Below, in pieces: positions 34,306-38,792 of a stretch of DNA of 38,792 nucleotides. Position numbers and translations under genes: made by a program. Under the pieces are notes generated by a model. The model was not told the DNA's origin. It saw only the letters and a program-made list of their open reading frames with translations, and did not search any database. Source of the stretch: a virus. Lineage: Duplodnaviria; Caudoviricetes. How positions within the stretch are numbered: position 1 is the stretch's first letter; every line of letters starts with the position of its first letter. The stretch spans positions 1 to 38,792 of the IMG/VR virus record IMGVR_UViG_3300037484_001631. One strand, 5' to 3'.

Positions 34306-35646
34306 TTATATTTTAGATTTGCCCACCAACAAAGAAGGCTGGACAATAACTCCTGGTGTTGGCGCAGGTTCTGAGTTGGGCGAATTTGTAAGTGCGTCAA
34401 TGGCGGCGGCCAAAGAAGTTTGCTGTACAGTAGTACCAGAGGTAGAAGCCTCTGACGCTTGTAACGTTTGTATAATTTCTTCTATTTTTACAGAATTATC
34501 TTGAGAATATAATACTGCTATAATAAATTTCTTCACAAAAATTAACACCTTCGTAACATCATCTATTGATCTCAAAGAAACAGAACCCACGTCTAACGGT
34601 ACAACGATAGATAATGTAGATAATTCTTGCTTTGCTTGGATATTGGCAGAGTTAGAAATTTGTAAAACCATATTAAATATTGGAAATTTACTTTTCACCG
34701 AGCTTCTAAACGTGTCAAACGAAAATTCTTGGCTGGGCTCATCAATGGAATCCAAAAAAGAATTACGAAAATCTTCGCTAATTCCGCCCAAAGACAACAA
34801 GAGACGGTTAAAGGTGGGCTTTATAGAAAACAAAGAAATTGAATCATTAATAATCAATAAAATATCGCCTACATTTTCAGAAACAAAAATAAACCTATCT
34901 CCCTCTTTGGATCGCCCTATCGAAAATGAATTGATTGGTTTTTCGATTGCACTTCTGCCAAAAAATGGAATACCCTTGTTCAACAAGGCAACACTCCAGG
35001 CTAAATCATTAGATCCCAGTATCGCGCCAGTAAACGAAAATAAATCAGAAGAAGTAGTTTCATCAATTGTCACATATTTTAACAAATTCTTACTTTTCAT
35101 TATATATTCATACTCTACTTCTCTAGGAACAGAAGGAACTCGTGCGGCGCGGATCTTATATTCATAAATTCTATCTTCTTTGATCGATGTGTCTAAAACT
35201 ACACAAATATTGTTTTCGTCTATTCCTACGCCTATAACGTCTTTAAGATATTCTGTATAGTTCGAAGTCTCCTCTTCTATCGATTTAACATCCAAGAATA
35301 AAATTCTTTCAAATTTTGGATCATTTTGAAAAACATTTTTTTTGAAAAGTTCATAATGAGTAGAGCCTGGGAGCTTCTCCCAAACGATCAACACTCCAAT
35401 ATTATTGTCATCAACAACATATTCAGCAACAAATAACATTTCAGGTTCCAGATTAGAATACTTTTCCGCAAAAGAATCACCGAGAACAGGAACAACTTTT
35501 TGGGCGGAAAAGTCAGAAATAAATTCAAATTTATCAATCCCTTTAGTTATTTCTTCAGCTTTTTTATCCACAGAAGAAACAGCAGCCGCAAGATTTGCCG
35601 AAGCAAAATTTAACCCTATCAAGCTAGAATTTATGTTATTTCCCAT
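34306..35646 (-). CDS. Hypothetical protein with one Fn3-like segment
   Basis: 446 aa; LIVWEK...HYELFKK...DTSIKEDRIYEYKIRA. Confidence 0.7.
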   Translation of the reverse strand: MGNNINSSLIGLNFASANLAAAVSSVDKKAEEITKGIDKFEFISDFSAQKVVPVLGDSFAEKYSNLEPEMLFVAEYVVDDNNIGVLIVWEKLPGSTHYELFKKNVFQNDPKFERILFLDVKSIEEETSNYTEYLKDVIGVGIDENNICVVLDTSIKEDRIYEYKIRAARVPSVPREVEYEYIMKSKNLLKYVTIDETTSSDLFSFTGAILGSNDLAWSVALLNKGIPFFGRSAIEKPINSFSIGRSKEGDRFIFVSENVGDILLIINDSISLFSIKPTFNRLLLSLGGISEDFRNSFLDSIDEPSQEFSFDTFRSSVKSKFPIFNMVLQISNSANIQAKQELSTLSIVVPLDVGSVSLRSIDDVTKVLIFVKKFIIAVLYSQDNSVKIEEIIQTLQASEASTSGTTVQQTSLAAAIDALTNSPNSEPAPTPGVIVQPSLLVGKSKI

Positions 35647-37919
35647 TACAATGTCAGCCTCGTTTCAAAATATCCCGTTTCTCGCCCCGCAGAATCGAAC
35701 GCCTTAATTCTATAAACGTAACTGTTTCCCCTCTCTACTGTTCTATCAAAAAAGTTCAATGTTAAATACTCCTTTCCTATCACAGAAAAAGAATCATAAT
35801 CTGTATCAAATTTACGCTCTATAACCCAATAATCAGGACGTGATCGCAAAGGATCTAGTCGCCAAGACAGCCGCGCTACAGTGGGTCTTACTTTAGTGTT
35901 TATGACCTGGGTGGCGAAAAGGAGAGGATTTGAAATATCCGCCAGAGTAGAAATTTGAAATTCATCAGAAGCATTACTTTCTTCCCCCATATCAGATATA
36001 GCTAAAATCCTATAATAATAAATACTATTTTCTTTAAGAAAATTTGGAAGTTTAAAAGCGCGCCTAATTTCGTCTTGAATTTTTATACCAGCGCCAAATA
36101 ACGAAGAATTAGGGATCTTAGAATACGCATCCAAAGCGGCAGTTCCATCGAATGTTACGGCGTCAATAGACGAAACCTCATCCACGATAAACCTGTTCGC
36201 AGTCAAAGGAAATGACTCATATACGCTTTCGCTCTGCCTTCTTCTTTGCACTTTATATAAAATTTTATTTGATTTTTTTTCCGTCGGCGAAACTCCAGCA
36301 AATAATTCTTCTTCTGAATTCTGCGAAATTAAATTATCATCATCCCACAAAATTTTTGTCCTAAAAGGAAATCCGCGCAAAATTTCTGCACGAATATTAA
36401 ATGGAGACCGAATAGATTTTTTGCCTAAAGCGCGGACCGTAGAAAAAGCATAAGAACTTGGATTCCCAAATAAATCATATCCACGAACCCTATATCGATA
36501 AATGTGACCAATTTGAATTGTCTCGTCTATAAATTTAATTTCCTTTAATAATGTTTCGGTTTTAAGTGAGGACAAGCCTTCACCACCATTCGTAGAAACT
36601 CTTTCCCTTTCCACGAAAAATTTATCTTGAGGCCATCCTTGCCCACCGTAACCATTTCCCTCAGCTGAAGGTACTATAAATTTTCTTTCCTTAATTGTAA
36701 TATCTTGCCTTTTAATTTCATAAACCGAAATAGACGGATCGTTAGGAGAGATGGTAATTTTTATAAAATTCGAACTTTGATCTTGAACGGCAGAAACAAT
36801 AGGGATTTTCAAAGAATTTGATCTACTTTGTGGGGTTATTCTTTGAACGCTAGAAAAAACAGTTATTTGTTTTGGTTGAGACATAACGTTATGAATATTT
36901 TTAGAAAACACTCTATACGTATAGGTTTTTGAATACAAAACATTAGTATCAATAAAATTAATATGATCGTTTATATTGCTTAATTCTGAAATTTTTTCAA
37001 AAAATACTTCATCATCAGCTTTTCTGTAAACCAAAACCTTTCCTATCTTGTCTGCGACATTAAGTATAACAGAAAGTTGAATTGATTTTTCATTAAGTTG
37101 TTTTGCGATAACAGATCTTGGAGGGTTGACTGTGTTAAGATCTTCTATAGCTACAGTAATAACCGAAGAAAAAGGAGAGTCATCTAACGTTTTTGTAACT
37201 ATTTCTACATAATAATCAAAAACCTCACCATACCCCACAGATTTATCTTTATGGGCGAAATATACAAAATTTCTATCTTTAACGGTTAAAAATTTGTTTT
37301 TTTCTTCAGCAATAAATTTAGCATAATCTACATGTGCAATTTTAACAAATTTAATCTTAGAATAAACACGCTCAATCTCAGCCTCAGAATAAGAAATACC
37401 ATCTTTTATTTGAGACTCGAACAGTTTCGCGTCTCCAACTTTCTTTATTTCTGCAAAATTACTATTAAGTGATTCTACAGGAATGGATCCCCTCTTAATG
37501 TTATATATCGACTTTCTGTCAAAAGAAAATCTTCCTGTTTTTTTGTTCCCGCGAGCAAGTTTATCAACCCCAATACGAGTATATGAAACAGCATCGGCAA
37601 AACTAGCAAGCGAAGGATCAACACTATAACGGCGATAAATATTAAATCCGACTATATTTCCAAAGTTTGCATCCTGCGATAGCACTTTCCAGCTTAATTC
37701 AACATATGGATTGTCAAGACCGTCTTTTATTACCGAAGCTAAATATAAATCTGGGGGGGACATACTTTTTTTGGAGCTTACACGAACATCAGATCCCAAC
37801 GAAAATACCGTCGAGCGCACATTTAAACTACCCGTTAAAGCCTCCACGGGAGATGGGGGGGTTTTTGATAAATTATCAAAAACCCCCAAATCCAAAGAAA
37901 ATGAAACCTTTTTAGTCAT
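35646..37919 (-). CDS. Multi-Fn3/Ig-like domain protein, putative virion protein
   Basis: About five repeats of W...Y.(I/V).R...D....G..Y.YR(V/I): YDYYVEI-like, YTYRVFS, YRYRVRG, YYYRILA, YVYRIKA. Confidence 0.78.
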   Translation of the reverse strand: MTKKVSFSLDLGVFDNLSKTPPSPVEALTGSLNVRSTVFSLGSDVRVSSKKSMSPPDLYLASVIKDGLDNPYVELSWKVLSQDANFGNIVGFNIYRRYSVDPSLASFADAVSYTRIGVDKLARGNKKTGRFSFDRKSIYNIKRGSIPVESLNSNFAEIKKVGDAKLFESQIKDGISYSEAEIERVYSKIKFVKIAHVDYAKFIAEEKNKFLTVKDRNFVYFAHKDKSVGYGEVFDYYVEIVTKTLDDSPFSSVITVAIEDLNTVNPPRSVIAKQLNEKSIQLSVILNVADKIGKVLVYRKADDEVFFEKISELSNINDHINFIDTNVLYSKTYTYRVFSKNIHNVMSQPKQITVFSSVQRITPQSRSNSLKIPIVSAVQDQSSNFIKITISPNDPSISVYEIKRQDITIKERKFIVPSAEGNGYGGQGWPQDKFFVERERVSTNGGEGLSSLKTETLLKEIKFIDETIQIGHIYRYRVRGYDLFGNPSSYAFSTVRALGKKSIRSPFNIRAEILRGFPFRTKILWDDDNLISQNSEEELFAGVSPTEKKSNKILYKVQRRRQSESVYESFPLTANRFIVDEVSSIDAVTFDGTAALDAYSKIPNSSLFGAGIKIQDEIRRAFKLPNFLKENSIYYYRILAISDMGEESNASDEFQISTLADISNPLLFATQVINTKVRPTVARLSWRLDPLRSRPDYWVIERKFDTDYDSFSVIGKEYLTLNFFDRTVERGNSYVYRIKAFDSAGRETGYFETRLTL

Positions 37920-38298
37920 CTTTGTCTACTTCCAAATTCAAGTAATTTGAAAACCCTTCTGATAATATTTCATCGTTAACTATATCAACTACATCTTCCA
38001 TATATACTCTAGACAATTTTCCGTCCGATCCGCTAAGATAAACTTCAATCAGAAACCCAGAAGGCGCAGGTAGATTGCCGTTATGAGATTTAAGTGAAAG
38101 ATTTATTTTTTGTTTATCAACTCCCACAACAACCTCTACCTCTTTTGTAATCTGGGGAGATGCATCTCTAAATTTTCCTTCCAACAAGATATCGTAACCT
38201 ACGGGAACAATCATTCCTGTCTGTTTGTCTATTGCTTTATCTTTCGATAAAAGTGTTAAATTTTTCGAAATTGAAAACCCAGTAAAAATTTTGCTCAT
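37912..38298 (-). CDS. Hypothetical protein
   Basis: 128-aa ORF tiling the operon. Confidence 0.7.
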   Translation of the reverse strand: MSKIFTGFSISKNLTLLSKDKAIDKQTGMIVPVGYDILLEGKFRDASPQITKEVEVVVGVDKQKINLSLKSHNGNLPAPSGFLIEVYLSGSDGKLSRVYMEDVVDIVNDEILSEGFSNYLNLEVDKDD

Positions 38299-38299
38299 T

Positions 38300-38792
38300 T
38301 TACATCGTTCCAGACAACTCTCTTAATATGAGGTTGTAATTTTGAAGAAAAACATGCTCTTCTGTTCTTTCCTTTATTGTTTTTTGTGGTATTTCCGCTC
38401 TGACTACAATGTCAAGTGGCTTTTTTGTAAACGGCAAAACTCTATTTTGTAAAATAATTGTATCAATATAAAATTTACGAGACAATTCTACACTAGAACT
38501 AATATCTACATTGATTGAAAAATCTGGTAAAACATCAGTTCCTGGCGGTATTGTATACAGAAAAGAATTTAGGTCTTTATTCTTTCTCTGATCTGCCTCA
38601 AAAGATAAATCTCTATGGATATAATTATCCATAGAACTAGACACAGAAAGAGAAGAAGACAAAGAGCCGCTATAATTTATTCCTTCATCCGAAAAAGAAT
38701 AATACTTAAAGCGCAATTGGTTTTTTGAAAGTAGTTCTCGACCTTTTGACGTTAATACAACATCTAAAATACGTTCCTTTTGATCTAAAAAT
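38300..38792 (-). CDS. Putative virion protein, 5'-truncated by the window; paralog of the 31106..31807 N-terminus
   Basis: Frame stays open beyond 38716 to the window edge: FLDQKERILDVVLTSKGRELLSKNQLRFKYYSFSDEGINY. Confidence 0.75.
   Translation of the reverse strand, partial: FLDQKERILDVVLTSKGRELLSKNQLRFKYYSFSDEGINYSGSLSSSLSVSSSMDNYIHRDLSFEADQRKNKDLNSFLYTIPPGTDVLPDFSINVDISSSVELSRKFYIDTIILQNRVLPFTKKPLDIVVRAEIPQKTIKERTEEHVFLQNYNLILRELSGTM

Noticed and set aside
457-37950. All plus-strand ORFs in the track (e.g. 457..1017, 5568..6203, 10722..11141, 34643..35167) and short nested minus-strand ORFs
   Set aside because: They lie antisense to or inside well-supported genes that tile the minus strand, and show no recognisable motifs.
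1-38792. Stop-codon reassignment (TAG or TGA), common in some large phages
   Set aside because: Conserved genes are full length in code 11, and both TAG (9301, 16052, 20833) and TGA (3938, 8520, 22462, 28345, 31960) end genes at sensible boundaries.
1-38792. tRNA genes, group I/II introns or a diversity-generating retroelement
   Set aside because: No T-loop/cloverleaf signature was seen in the short intergenic gaps, core genes are uninterrupted apart from the intein, and there is no reverse transcriptase or TR/VR pair. This was by-eye inspection only.

Overview
A 38.8-kb piece of a large, probably jumbo, T4-related (myovirus-like) phage genome. It is AT-rich, uses the standard code, and every credible gene is on the minus strand. 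In transcription order (right to left): Fn3-rich and other putative tail/baseplate genes; a RuvC-like resolvase, primase and fused Mre11-Rad50 (gp47-gp46); a possible holin/spanin pair; terminase large subunit; portal with an HNH intein; gp21-like prohead protease; a block of small putative internal head proteins; ribosomal protein bS21; scaffold; gp23-like major capsid protein; RtcB RNA ligase; and the start of a probable neck protein. Features not shown by the ORF track: (i) a ~220-bp non-autonomous IS200/IS605-type element that keeps both end hairpins and only the tnpB tail/omegaRNA region; (ii) two paralogous genes fusing KYG repeats, a PD-(D/E)XK nuclease and a Mom-like GNAT domain, each with a sigma70-like promoter; (iii) a TA(T/C/A)TTA candidate late-promoter motif and hairpins that could occlude or bridge Shine-Dalgarno sites; (iv) an [S/T]-G-S tripeptide enriched in virion proteins. 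All family calls come from motif recognition by eye; no searches were run.
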